Source of the DNA: Candidatus Poribacteria bacterium
Lineage (GTDB): Bacteria; Poribacteria; WGA-4E; PCPOR2b
Reading direction: 5' to 3'
DNA length: 64,000 nucleotides
Assembly (NCBI GenBank): GCA_965215015.1
Contig: OZ244042.1
Span: 416,001 to 480,000 of the forward strand
Shown: positions 48,328 to 58,061 of the stretch, one piece after another
Position numbering within the stretch: the stretch's first letter is position 1
How the letters are laid out: each line of letters begins with the position of its first letter
The notes under the pieces: model-generated
What the model was told of the DNA's origin: nothing
The model's database searches: none
Seen by the model: the letters and a program-made list of their open reading frames with translations, nothing else
Position numbers and translations under genes: made by a program

Positions 48328-48481
48328 CGCTCATGTTAAGAAATCGTGCAACAGCCCCGAGTTTTTTCGGAAAAACGCGGGGGCAAATACCAATCGTGTT
48401 TTACTCTGGTGTTTGGCAAATTGAGCCAAGACTATTGCGCGATGTCCCGGGTATCTTTGCGCTCTCTTTTTATTATGAGCC
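48328..48481. mobile_element. MITE-like element, long GGYTCATGTTAA form
   Basis: Close copy of 50054-50210 and reverse complement of 2886-3047. Confidence 0.75.
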
Positions 48482-48589
48482 ACTAAATATGATGGGGAAA
48501 GCAGAGAATCGCTGTCAGTCGAACGTAGCTTCAGCCCGATTCATCGGGACGCTTCAATACCCCTCAGACAATCCGCGGAAGGAAACAAA

Positions 48590-50026
48590 ATGACAGATCT
48601 CCTCGATGATACCCAAATGCAACAATTTATCACCGACGGCTATATCACTGTCCGAGCCGACTACCCTCCCGAATTTCACCAAGACCTCTACCAACAAATT
48701 GAGGCGATGTTTGAAAGTGAGGGTAATACCGGCAACAATATTCTACCTCGCATCCCCCAAATCCAGAAAGTTTTCGATCATCCGGCGTTAAAGGGTGCCT
48801 TGACCAGTCTGCTAGGGGAAGGCTACATCATGAATCCACACCGGCACTGCCATCTCAATCCCCCTGAAAGTCAAGGGCAGCACTGGCATAAGGATTGTTA
48901 TGTGTTCGATCACAATATGCGTCATCCACGTTTTCAGTGGGTGCTTGCACTCTATTACCCTCAAGATACGACCGAAGCCATGGGACCAACAGGGCTGCTG
49001 CCCGGCAAGCAATTTTACAAAAAAGTTAGCCATGCTAACCCGCAATTGGCGAGTGAGCCTGCAGCACCCTTATGTGGCGAAGCCGGCACCGTTTCACTCG
49101 TTCACTTCGATGCGTGGCACCGAGCAATGCCGAATCGTAGTACAAAGAAGCGATACATGCTCAAGTTTCAATTTGCGCGTATGCAGTCACCTCAAGCACC
49201 TTCATGGAATCACAGGGATCGTGAGTGGAAAGGCGATGTAAACGATAAAAGTCGAGCCGCATCGGTAGATGTCTGGAACTGGCTATGTGGGAACCATTCG
49301 GCTTCGGAGTCAGATACGTCGGAGAATGGGGCACCAGCGTTGGTGGCAGCTCTGGGTGATAAATCAGAAACCGTTCGTCTGAACGCCGCTTATACGCTAG
49401 GAAAAATGGGGCAGTCTGTCGTGCCAGTGTTAATTGACGCTATGCGAAAGGAAACCCTTGCATCAATTGAGGAAACAACCGCCAAACCCCCTGACAATTT
49501 GCATGGCACCAATCCAACCGCCGGCTACGCAGCGCAAGCGTTGGCCGCGATTGGTTCACAAGCAGTTCCGGGACTAATCAAAGCATTGGACGATGAAGAT
49601 TGGTGGGTACGCGCGATGACTGTGGATGTCCTGACAAAGATTGGGCAATTTGCGGGAGATGCAGTGCCGGTATTGATAGAACGTGCGAATGATAAACACT
49701 GGTGGGTGCGCCGTAATGCGATTGAGGCATTGGGAACCATTGAATCTTGCAGCTCAGACACAACATCGCTGCTGGTCGCCGCGTTGCGGGACGAAGATTA
49801 CCGGGTTCGGCGTAACGCCGCCCTCACTTTGGCAAAGCTAGGACAACCCGCGGATGAAGCTATACCTGCGTTGGTGGAGATGTTAGATGACGAGAATCGG
49901 TACAATCGCTTTTATGCAGCAAATGCGTTGCGACGAATTGATACATCTGCCGCACGAGAGGCATTGGTAAACGCCCTTTTCACTGCCCGATGGTGTCCTA
50001 TCACCACGAGGGAAAACCAATACTAG
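48590..50026 (+). CDS. PhyH-family dioxygenase fused to HEAT/PBS-lyase repeats
   Basis: N-terminal WHKD...WHRAMPN...KRYMLKF; C-terminal repeats VRLNAAYTLG, WVRRNAIEALG, RVRRNAALTLA, NRFYAANALRRI. Confidence 0.88.
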   Translation: MTDLLDDTQMQQFITDGYITVRADYPPEFHQDLYQQIEAMFESEGNTGNNILPRIPQIQKVFDHPALKGALTSLLGEGYIMNPHRHCHLNPPESQGQHWHKDCYVFDHNMRHPRFQWVLALYYPQDTTEAMGPTGLLPGKQFYKKVSHANPQLASEPAAPLCGEAGTVSLVHFDAWHRAMPNRSTKKRYMLKFQFARMQSPQAPSWNHRDREWKGDVNDKSRAASVDVWNWLCGNHSASESDTSENGAPALVAALGDKSETVRLNAAYTLGKMGQSVVPVLIDAMRKETLASIEETTAKPPDNLHGTNPTAGYAAQALAAIGSQAVPGLIKALDDEDWWVRAMTVDVLTKIGQFAGDAVPVLIERANDKHWWVRRNAIEALGTIESCSSDTTSLLVAALRDEDYRVRRNAALTLAKLGQPADEAIPALVEMLDDENRYNRFYAANALRRIDTSAAREALVNALFTARWCPITTRENQY

Positions 50027-50053
50027 AAAGGGACACCTTCCCATAAAATCCGA

Positions 50054-50319
50054 GGCTCATGTTAAGAAATTGTGCAACAGCCCCCGAGTTTTTTTCGGAA
50101 AAATGCGGGGGCAAACACCAACCGTGTTGGACTCTGGTGTTTGGTGAATTGAGCCAAGACGTTTGCGCGATGTTTCGGGTATCTTTGCACTCTCTTTTTT
50201 TAGAAGCCCCATAGATCGGGTTTCCTAGCTAGACTGCATCAATGAACTAATGAACCCATGAACAAATGGTTTTCACGTTTCATGCTCTTCGCGTTTTGCA
50301 CTTTCTTTTTACGTCAGTC
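50054..50319. mobile_element. MITE-like element (long form plus octamer-repeat module)
   Basis: GGCTCATGTTAAGAAA left end; 50054-50210 matches 48328-48481; 50241-50319 matches 1417-1487. Confidence 0.7.
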
Positions 50320-50324
50320 TAATT

Positions 50325-51671
50325 CTAATATCCCAAGCGTTTTGAGACCGCATCAATCGTTTCCTTCAGCACCTCAACAGTCTGGAGCACCTGTGATTCG
50401 TTGATTGTGAATGGAGGACTGATGGCGATGTGATCGCCAGCCACGCCATCAATCAGTCCGGGGGCACCGGGCATTATCAGAATCCCTTTGTCAAAAGCCA
50501 AATCCACAACGGTGGAGGTCACGCCTTTTGAAACATCGAACGGCGTTCCTTTCTCTTTGTCGGCAACAAATTCGATACCAATCAGCAACCCTTTCCCACG
50601 AATATTCCCGACAATTGGCGATGCTTGAAGGGGTTTCAGTTTTTCAAGCATCAAATCCCCCATCCGTGCACACTGTGTAACGAGATCATGCTTTTCGATA
50701 TAATTCTGCACGGCGAGTGCGGTGGCGCATGATAGGGGATTCCCGCCATAGGTATGTCCATGCGTAAAGTTAGTTGATTTTTTATAAATGGCGTCGTAGA
50801 CTCTTTCGTGGGCAATCGTTGCAGCGATAGGCGTATAACCGCTGCTCAATCCCTTTCCTGTGGTCATAATGTCGGGTACGACATCCCAATGCTCGATGGC
50901 AAAGTTGACGCCGGTGCGCCCGAATCCGGTTACCACCTCATCGGTAATCATCAGAATGTTGTGACGATTGCAAACCTCCCGAATGGTAGGGTAATAGTCC
51001 GGTGGAGGGACCACCCCCGCTGCCGACGTGCCGAGAATCGGTTCAGCAATAAACGCTGAGATATACTCACTGCCTTCCTGATAAATCACGCGCTCAAGTT
51101 CGTCTGCACAGGTGAGATGACAATCAGGATATTCCTGTCCGTAAGGACATCGATAGCAATAAGGAGCTGGAATGTGCGGAAAATCGAGTAGATAGGGAAC
51201 ATAGTCGTCCCGCCATGAGGTCCGGCCGGACATCGATAGTGCACCGATTGTATTGCCGTGCCAGCTTTGCCACCGCGAAATCACCTTGTACTTTTTCGGA
51301 TTACCGGTTTCGAGATGATATTTTCTCGCCATTTTCATCGCGGACTCTGTCGCCTCCGAACCGCCGGAGACGAAAAACACTTTCGAGAGTCCCTCCGGTG
51401 CCATGTCGTCAATTTTTTGTGCGAGATCGATTTGCGCTTGTGTCAGGAAGCGGCTGTATGTGAAACAGACTTGACTCGCTTGTTTGCCCATGACATCGGC
51501 AATCTCTTTGATACCGTGACCGATGCTTACCACATGCACCCCGGCGCACGCATCGAGATAGCGTTTGCCTTCTGTATCAAATAGATAGACCCCCTCGCCG
51601 TGAGAAATCTGTTGCCATTGCTGCTTAAACGTTCTATGAAAAATATGATCGTCGCTCTGGACTTCAGCCAT
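50325..51671 (-). CDS. Class-III PLP aminotransferase
   Basis: SGGSEATE, SWHGNT, FIAEPI, DEVVTGFGRTG, PDIMTTGKGL, HGHTY. Confidence 0.93.
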   Translation of the reverse strand: MAEVQSDDHIFHRTFKQQWQQISHGEGVYLFDTEGKRYLDACAGVHVVSIGHGIKEIADVMGKQASQVCFTYSRFLTQAQIDLAQKIDDMAPEGLSKVFFVSGGSEATESAMKMARKYHLETGNPKKYKVISRWQSWHGNTIGALSMSGRTSWRDDYVPYLLDFPHIPAPYCYRCPYGQEYPDCHLTCADELERVIYQEGSEYISAFIAEPILGTSAAGVVPPPDYYPTIREVCNRHNILMITDEVVTGFGRTGVNFAIEHWDVVPDIMTTGKGLSSGYTPIAATIAHERVYDAIYKKSTNFTHGHTYGGNPLSCATALAVQNYIEKHDLVTQCARMGDLMLEKLKPLQASPIVGNIRGKGLLIGIEFVADKEKGTPFDVSKGVTSTVVDLAFDKGILIMPGAPGLIDGVAGDHIAISPPFTINESQVLQTVEVLKETIDAVSKRLGY

Positions 51672-51727
51672 TCATTTATCTCCTTATGTTATGTTAGTTA
51701 ATTCTCCAAGACCGACCGGCAGCGGAG

Positions 51728-52570
51728 CTATTTATCGTCCGTCCTCTGGCGTTTCGGTGGAGTTGCGGAGACACCTTCCATACCGCCACTAACCCTGAGT
51801 ACTTCGCCCGTAATCCAAGACGCTTGAGAGCTACATAGAAAGGCAACACCACGAGCGATGTCGGTTGGCTCACCCCATCGCCCCAACGGGATGGCACTAC
51901 GGATGCGCTCAATCATCTCGCCCTCAGTGAGGTTAAGGGTTTGGCAGCGTTGCGCCATGTTTCTCCTGTTAAACTCAGTGTAAACTGGGCCCGGACTCAC
52001 GGCATTTACTCGCACACCATAAGCTGCTAACTCCAGTGCCAATGTTTTGGTCAAGCTAATTATGCCTGCTTTTGCTACGTTGTACGCTGCAACCAGAGCC
52101 GCCGGATTTTGGCCATTGATTGAGGCGACATTAACAATGCAGCCGTATTCCTGACGCTCCATAATCCCACCGGCAGTGCGGCAGCAATAAAATGCCCCGG
52201 TCAAGGTGGCGTTTAACACACGCTCCCATTCTTCATCGCTTAGCTCAACAATGGGGGTGACCTTCTGACCAACGCCGGCGTTATTGACCAAGATGTCCAA
52301 CCGTCCATGTTCATTGACTACCCTTTCAAAAAGGGCCGTTACCTCAGTGCTATCAGTGATATCCAAGTGAGCCGCATGTACCTTCAAACCGTCAGTTCGC
52401 AAGTTGTCGGCTTCCGTCTCAGCCTTCTCCAGTTGCAAATCAGCGATGATTGTCGTTGCGCCCTCGCGGGCAAGTTGCTCGGCAATACCTAGCCCCAAAC
52501 CCTGCGCCGCGCCGGTTACCACTGCAATTGAGCCATTGAGGCTTTGTAAAGCAATTCCATCATTGTTCAT
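51728..52570 (-). CDS. Short-chain dehydrogenase/reductase (FabG-like)
   Basis: TGAAQGLG, NNAGV, YNVAK, VNAVSPG, IPLGRWG, ITGEVLRVSGG. Confidence 0.92.
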   Translation of the reverse strand: MNNDGIALQSLNGSIAVVTGAAQGLGLGIAEQLAREGATTIIADLQLEKAETEADNLRTDGLKVHAAHLDITDSTEVTALFERVVNEHGRLDILVNNAGVGQKVTPIVELSDEEWERVLNATLTGAFYCCRTAGGIMERQEYGCIVNVASINGQNPAALVAAYNVAKAGIISLTKTLALELAAYGVRVNAVSPGPVYTEFNRRNMAQRCQTLNLTEGEMIERIRSAIPLGRWGEPTDIARGVAFLCSSQASWITGEVLRVSGGMEGVSATPPKRQRTDDK

Positions 52571-52757
52571 ACGTATACCTCACTTCTTCAAAAATAAAGA
52601 AACCGTCCTAATCTCCGAGGGTTGCCAATCCCACGGTGCGGGTTGTGGTATCTTCAATGTAAGTGTTGAGGACAACCTCCAGTCCCCTGGTGAGACAGGC
52701 TAACGATCGCTCGGCAAATCACTCGTCCTTCAGTGGAGACGACCATCTTTTCCTCTG

Positions 52758-54746
52758 TCAAATTTCATTTTCACTGCTCTTTCGTTGAGCAAATTCATTG
52801 CTATATTTGTACATGTACCACGATGCAATACTCCGGAATGGCTTCCATTGATTAGCAATCTCCTGCATCTCTTCAATATTATTAATAGCAATGTCATACA
52901 CCTGACTGATGGTCCTTCTAAGAGCTAGGTCCTGTATGGGAAATACATCTTGCCTGGCTAGACTAAATATCAAAAACATATTTACAGTCCAATCGCCTAT
53001 TCCTTTGACAGTTTTAAGCACGGATCGAATTTGATCCTCGGTCATAGAAGACATTTTGTCAAGATCTATATCCCCTCGTACAATCCTTTCAGACAGATCA
53101 GAAATGTATGAGTATTTACGTCGCGAAACTCCTGTTGCTAAAATCTTGTCTGGTGGTTGCTTTATGAAACGATGGGGAGTAACAGGCGATGAATTAAACA
53201 AAGACCGGAATCTATGAAATATTGTGTCTGCTGCCTGTCGAGATAACTGCTGGTTAATTATCGAACCTACTAAAAATTCAAAATGAAGCGTTTGGGACTG
53301 AAGATTGCACGGTCCAACCTTGTTTATAATTTTTCCCAAGTGCTTGTCTCGCTTATGAAGGTGATAACAAATACCACTGAAGTTAGAAGATTCATTAATC
53401 TGTTGAGTTGGTATATAAGCATTCTTAAGTAAGCCTGATGTCTGAAGCCAATCATTAACTATCTTCTGAACTTCAACCTTCTTGTTTTTTGTCGCTGAAA
53501 TGGAAAAATCGACAATTGAGTTATGAGGTGGATTACTTGCGCTTGAGGCTTTCTGAGTATCAAAAAACAGAGAGTCAAAAAGCGTTGGTTGATTGGCTGA
53601 ATCCTCCTCTTTTTTGCCCCCTTTTACATAATCACCCATGGGCTTGAGCCCGTGAGAGAAACGACCTAGGATTGTTGTAATCGCTTCAACGCTGTTATCA
53701 ATCCCTATCCAGTTTCGTTGTAGTTCATCAGCTACAGCCAGGGTCGTTCCAGATCCTGCAAAACAATCTAAAACTAAATCTCCAGGATGAGACGACGCTT
53801 GGATTATTCTTCGGAGTAAATCTGGATTCTTCTCTGTGGGGTAGCCGGTGATTTTAATGTTCTGGTTGTGTGCATCTTTGAAGTCTAGCCAAATATCCTG
53901 CACACCGGCTCCTGGATGCTGATCGAGATAAACCTTGCGACGAGGGTTCCCGTTCTTAGACCAAAAAATTTCACCACCTGCATCCATTTTATCAAGTGTT
54001 GCTGGTGGATACTGCCAGTGTTTGCCCGGTGGGGGCATCATTCCTCGCCAAGGTTTTCCCGTTTCTCCATTTCTAGTCCCTGGTGCATGAATGGGAACCT
54101 TCATGAAACGGCGACCAGTTTCAGGCTCAACATAATGATATTCTTTTGCACCGTCTTCGGATAAAGGTTCAACTGGGCGATTCCAGATGTACTTGTCAGA
54201 CTTTGTGTAAAACAAGATCAAGTCAGCAATATTACCGTATGCCTTGCGTGTATAATTTTTTGGATTACACTTCTTTCGAACAATCAAATTGCGGTAATTT
54301 GAAGAACCAAATATTTCATCCATTGTCAATTTCATCTCGAAAATCATCTTATCGTCAAGATGAAGGTAGATCGATCCTTGTGGTGATAGTAGCTCGTGTA
54401 GAAGTATTAGCCTCTCCCGGAGGAATTCGATGAAATCACTGCCTGTCAATGAGTCGGAATATGCTTTTTTTTGTTTCCTAGAAACGAAAGTACTCTGCGT
54501 TGCGAAAGGCGGATCTATGTAAATGAGTGAAACCCTACCTTTCAATTTCTTTTTTTTCAATAGATGTTGAAGTAGGAGTAGGTTGTCACCGAAATAGAGC
54601 TCATTCCTAGATGGAGCAGTATGCAGCGTGCAGACTGCGGGAGATGGCGTTTCCAAAATTGAGGATATGGGCTTCTTTTTTTCGTATTCAAGACGTACGG
54701 AAGTAGTTTTTTCGTTTTTTGACATCTTTGGGATACCTATAGCCAT
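52758..54746 (-). CDS. Beta-class N6/N4 DNA methyltransferase fused to AlkA-like DNA-3-methyladenine glycosylase
   Basis: YIDPPF (motif IV) precedes YPTEK and VLDCFAGSGTT (motif I). C-terminal ~200 aa: SIINQQLSRQAA, HhH LKTVKGIGDWT, VFPIQDLAL, WKPFRS. Confidence 0.88.
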   Translation of the reverse strand: MAIGIPKMSKNEKTTSVRLEYEKKKPISSILETPSPAVCTLHTAPSRNELYFGDNLLLLQHLLKKKKLKGRVSLIYIDPPFATQSTFVSRKQKKAYSDSLTGSDFIEFLRERLILLHELLSPQGSIYLHLDDKMIFEMKLTMDEIFGSSNYRNLIVRKKCNPKNYTRKAYGNIADLILFYTKSDKYIWNRPVEPLSEDGAKEYHYVEPETGRRFMKVPIHAPGTRNGETGKPWRGMMPPPGKHWQYPPATLDKMDAGGEIFWSKNGNPRRKVYLDQHPGAGVQDIWLDFKDAHNQNIKITGYPTEKNPDLLRRIIQASSHPGDLVLDCFAGSGTTLAVADELQRNWIGIDNSVEAITTILGRFSHGLKPMGDYVKGGKKEEDSANQPTLFDSLFFDTQKASSASNPPHNSIVDFSISATKNKKVEVQKIVNDWLQTSGLLKNAYIPTQQINESSNFSGICYHLHKRDKHLGKIINKVGPCNLQSQTLHFEFLVGSIINQQLSRQAADTIFHRFRSLFNSSPVTPHRFIKQPPDKILATGVSRRKYSYISDLSERIVRGDIDLDKMSSMTEDQIRSVLKTVKGIGDWTVNMFLIFSLARQDVFPIQDLALRRTISQVYDIAINNIEEMQEIANQWKPFRSIASWYMYKYSNEFAQRKSSENEI

Positions 54747-54755
54747 AATTCACCC

Positions 54756-55175
54756 TTACGATAATAACCAGTCAAGTGTGATTCTTTCTGTGATCATTCG
54801 TAAAGTAACAACCTTTACAAGGCCAGGCCATGAATCTTCTATGTATGCATAGTCTGTCCACATTGACCCGAGTAAAAGACCGGGACCATCATTTAAAAAA
54901 ATAACTTTAATTGCTAAACTTTGCTGGTGTGCATAGCCTAGCACTTCATTAGCACAATCTCGGTATTGACCTGCTCGATCGTCCTCTTGAGCTCCCCCAC
55001 GGTCGGAATCGTATCGAGCCAACCCGACTGCTACGGGTATTTCATTCTGATATAGAACAAAGTCTACTGGGCGATCTGGCTTGGGATAATCTTCAAATAT
55101 TTCGCCCAAGATTACATCTTTACCGGCTCGTTCAGGGCCAATAATATGCAAATCCCTCCCTCTGAAGTTTTTCAT
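54756..55175 (-). pseudogene. Probable type II restriction endonuclease, C-terminal part only
   Basis: RPVDFVL...ARYDSDRGGAQEDDR...FLNDGPGL; only 139 aa, in-frame TAG shortly upstream; lies 9 bp before the MTase. Confidence 0.55.
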
Positions 55176-55253
55176 TGTTATATTTTGCCCCTTTTGCTAC
55201 AATCGATCTGTTTTGAGAGGATACCATAAATAGCGATCAAAGGAGGGAATCCA

Positions 55254-55547
55254 ATGGCTACTTACATCGCGTTGGGACGCTATACACAACAAGGCATAGA
55301 GAATATTAAGGAAGGACCCGCCCGCACTAGTGCTGCTAAAAAAAACATTCAAGCCTTGGGCGGAGAATTTAAGGCGTTTTATATAGTGATGGGTCAGTAC
55401 GACTTTGTCACTATCATTGAAGCCCCAGACGATGAAACCGCAGCCAAGTTCGCGCTTGCTACCGCTTCGGAGGGCAACGTCCGCATTGAGACACTGCGTG
55501 CCTTCACGGAAGATGAATACCGGGAGATTGCTGCTTCTCTGCCTTGA
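55254..55547 (+). CDS. GYD-domain protein
   Basis: YTQQG, MGQYDFVTIIEAPDD, GNVRIETLRAF; AGGAGG RBS. Confidence 0.9.
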   Translation: MATYIALGRYTQQGIENIKEGPARTSAAKKNIQALGGEFKAFYIVMGQYDFVTIIEAPDDETAAKFALATASEGNVRIETLRAFTEDEYREIAASLP

Positions 55548-55579
55548 ACCGTTTTTAGCGCGCCTACCATATCGCACAA

Positions 55580-56140
55580 AAAATGAAACTGTATCGGATT
55601 GGTATAAACTCAAAGATGAGATAGCCAAGTTACATTATCGCATCACCTCTATCAGACGAGACACACCACAAAGCGAGTGCAGCGATTGTAAATAGTACCA
55701 AGCGAATCGGCATAGAATCTCTGAACGTAGCCGGTATGCTCAAGAATCATAAACTTGCCAAAGCATTGTCCAACGCTTCCGTGTCCTCATTTTTAGAGGT
55801 GCTCACGTATAAAGCCGAACCGATTGGCGTAAAGCTTATCGAAGTGGATACCTCTACCCCTCTAGTAATAGTAAAACTTGTTCGGCATGTGGTGGGGTAG
55901 ATAGCGACTTATCCTTGTCCGATAGGACATACCATTGCGGCACTTGCAGGCACACCTAGGACAGAGACCTCAATCTGAGAACCCTCGCCGTGGAACACAC
56001 GGAGCGGCTAAACGCTTGTGGAGATTCCGTAAGACCTCAACCGTTGAGGCACGAATCGTCGAACCAAGAAGATAGCACAGGGCAACGGCTACTGGTCAGT
56101 CTATCATAAGAATCCCAATTTAGCTTTGGGAGTACGTCAA
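55580..56140 (+). mobile_element. tnpB: IS200/IS605-family remnant: tnpB 3' pseudogene and right end
   Basis: Broken frames WYKLKDEIAKLHYRITSIRRD / HHKASAAIV...IGIESLNVAGMLKNHKLAKALS...LTYKAE / YPSS-SKTCSACG...LSDRTYHCGTC..*DRD; 3' AACGCTTGTGGAGA..GTAAGAC and GAATCCC...GGGAGTACGTCAA. Confidence 0.85.
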
Positions 56141-56167
56141 AATTCCGCCCCATACCCCATAATAGTG

Positions 56168-57100
56168 TCAATCTTCTTCTAACCGATATAACTCCTTCAG
56201 GCGGCGTATGTACTCCCTATCCCTTTTTTCAACTGCCTCATCGAACTTATTCGGATCGACAAACCACGGTTTTCCTTCCGCCATACGCTCGTTAATCTTC
56301 TCAGCGGCTTCGTCAAGCGATTCGGATCCTCTCCGTCTCCTAGTTCGTATATCTGCCGGCCATTTCCAGATACCCGCTAGGTCATAGTGAAGAAACGGAC
56401 CTTCATGGGGCATGCGAAAACCGAAGGTCGCCTGGATGCCGAGTTCAATCTCTTCAGCAGTCGCCACGTCCTCTGCCCACAATCGCGTTGCTTCACGCCC
56501 CATAGCACCCTGTATCCGGTTCAGCAGATAGCCCGGCAACTCTTTAAGCACCCGGATTGGTACTTTCTTAACCTTTTTCATCAGGTCGTAGATGATGCTG
56601 TATGTTTCATCACTCGTTCCGGGCCCCTTAGCTACCTCAACCCCAGGCACGATATGCGGCGGCGCAAAGTAGTGTGTTAAACCGATCTTGTCCTGCCGCT
56701 TGACACCTGCGCCGATATCGGTCATCACAAATCCGGAGGTGTTGCTGACGATAATGCTATGCGGTGGACACAGTTGATCCAGTGTCTTAAAGAGAACCTG
56801 CTTGTCTTTTAACCGTTCGATAATTACTTCGGTAATGAAATCACTCTGGGCCACTTCCCCCAAATCGGTGGTGGTTGTGATCCGGCTGAGCGTGTTATCG
56901 GCTTCCGCTTGGGTTATCAATTCCTCCTCGACAAAGAGATCCATAGCAGACCTGATATTTTTCATGGACTGCCGTAGAAGTACATCACTGAGATCCCTGA
57001 TAATGGTGGGGTATCCGCCTAGTGCAAAGTTTATGGCGATGCCGAACCCCATGGTCCCACCCCCAACAACTCCTACCTTTTTAATGTCCGCTAACTCCAT
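56168..57100 (-). CDS. 3-hydroxyacyl-CoA dehydrogenase family protein
   Basis: GVVGGGTMGFGIA, EVIIERL, SNTS, THYFAPP, PGYLLNRIQ. Confidence 0.9.
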   Translation of the reverse strand: MELADIKKVGVVGGGTMGFGIAINFALGGYPTIIRDLSDVLLRQSMKNIRSAMDLFVEEELITQAEADNTLSRITTTTDLGEVAQSDFITEVIIERLKDKQVLFKTLDQLCPPHSIIVSNTSGFVMTDIGAGVKRQDKIGLTHYFAPPHIVPGVEVAKGPGTSDETYSIIYDLMKKVKKVPIRVLKELPGYLLNRIQGAMGREATRLWAEDVATAEEIELGIQATFGFRMPHEGPFLHYDLAGIWKWPADIRTRRRRGSESLDEAAEKINERMAEGKPWFVDPNKFDEAVEKRDREYIRRLKELYRLEED

Positions 57101-57263
57101 ATTTGCCTCCTGTATTTACTACCGCTGGCCCCTTATTTTTCGGCTGACCGAGGTCATTACCACCTTTTTGGTCTGATAGATAAGATGCCGAGGTATTAGC
57201 CAAGAACGCACCTCCGGCTAGCACCTTGATTTTATAGATAGCAGCCATCACTAGACGAACCAA

Positions 57264-58061
57264 TTAGAGAAGGTCTACAATTTTCCGAAGCCCTTCGCCA
57301 AGCTGGATTAAGTTGCTTTGATATATAAACCGGTCCCAACCCATGCAGAAGTGGCGGACACCCAGATCAATATAACGTTTTGCTTCTTCAGGCTTACCAA
57401 TTTCAATCCGTGGCGCGACATCATATTCTATTGATTTCTTGATGACAAGTTCTTCAAACGGTTGTATCTCCGGTGTGCTCATTAAGTTCGGTTCACCTCT
57501 GGAGAAACCAAAATCTGCAGGGCCCCATTGGGTCATATCAACCCCTTTTTCTTTTGCAACCGTCAGGATTTCGTCGATATTATCAACCGCTAGGTCTTTC
57601 TCGATCATAATCAAAAACACCACCGAATTCAAATCTTCGATGTAGCCATCTGCACTATAACCCGATAATGCTGAACGACGTAGTTTGACCCCCATGTGCC
57701 CACCGACATCGGGGAGGTCCGGTCTTATTGCTTGATGGCATCGCTCAATATCCTCTACGGTACGCACATCCGTAAAAAGCACTGCCTTAAAGCCCGCCCC
57801 AAGCGCAGCTTGCGCCCAAAAGCTTTCGCTTTTCTGGTCTAGCTTTGTCATCAGCGGTAAGTTACCACACTGACCCGAACGCGCCATGTGGTAGAGCAGC
57901 TGCATATCAAAAGTACTATACTCCGCACAGAACTCGCCGTAGTCAAACAAACCGGTATCTCCAATGATTTCTGGAAGATCTGGGTCGGCAGAAAGGTAAT
58001 GTGTACCAATAGTTGGTTTCCCTTGATTGAGTTTTTCGCGAAACGTATTAGCCATTATCAT
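57264..58061 (-). CDS. HpcH/HpaI aldolase family protein
   Basis: AEYSTFD, LGAG, IMIEK, WGPADF; GGAGGAGG RBS. Confidence 0.8.
   Translation of the reverse strand: MIMANTFREKLNQGKPTIGTHYLSADPDLPEIIGDTGLFDYGEFCAEYSTFDMQLLYHMARSGQCGNLPLMTKLDQKSESFWAQAALGAGFKAVLFTDVRTVEDIERCHQAIRPDLPDVGGHMGVKLRRSALSGYSADGYIEDLNSVVFLIMIEKDLAVDNIDEILTVAKEKGVDMTQWGPADFGFSRGEPNLMSTPEIQPFEELVIKKSIEYDVAPRIEIGKPEEAKRYIDLGVRHFCMGWDRFIYQSNLIQLGEGLRKIVDLL

Noticed and set aside
52608-52745. Possible 3' gene remnants (also 1324-1415)
   Set aside because: Short open frames ending just before the next RBS, but no family could be recognised.
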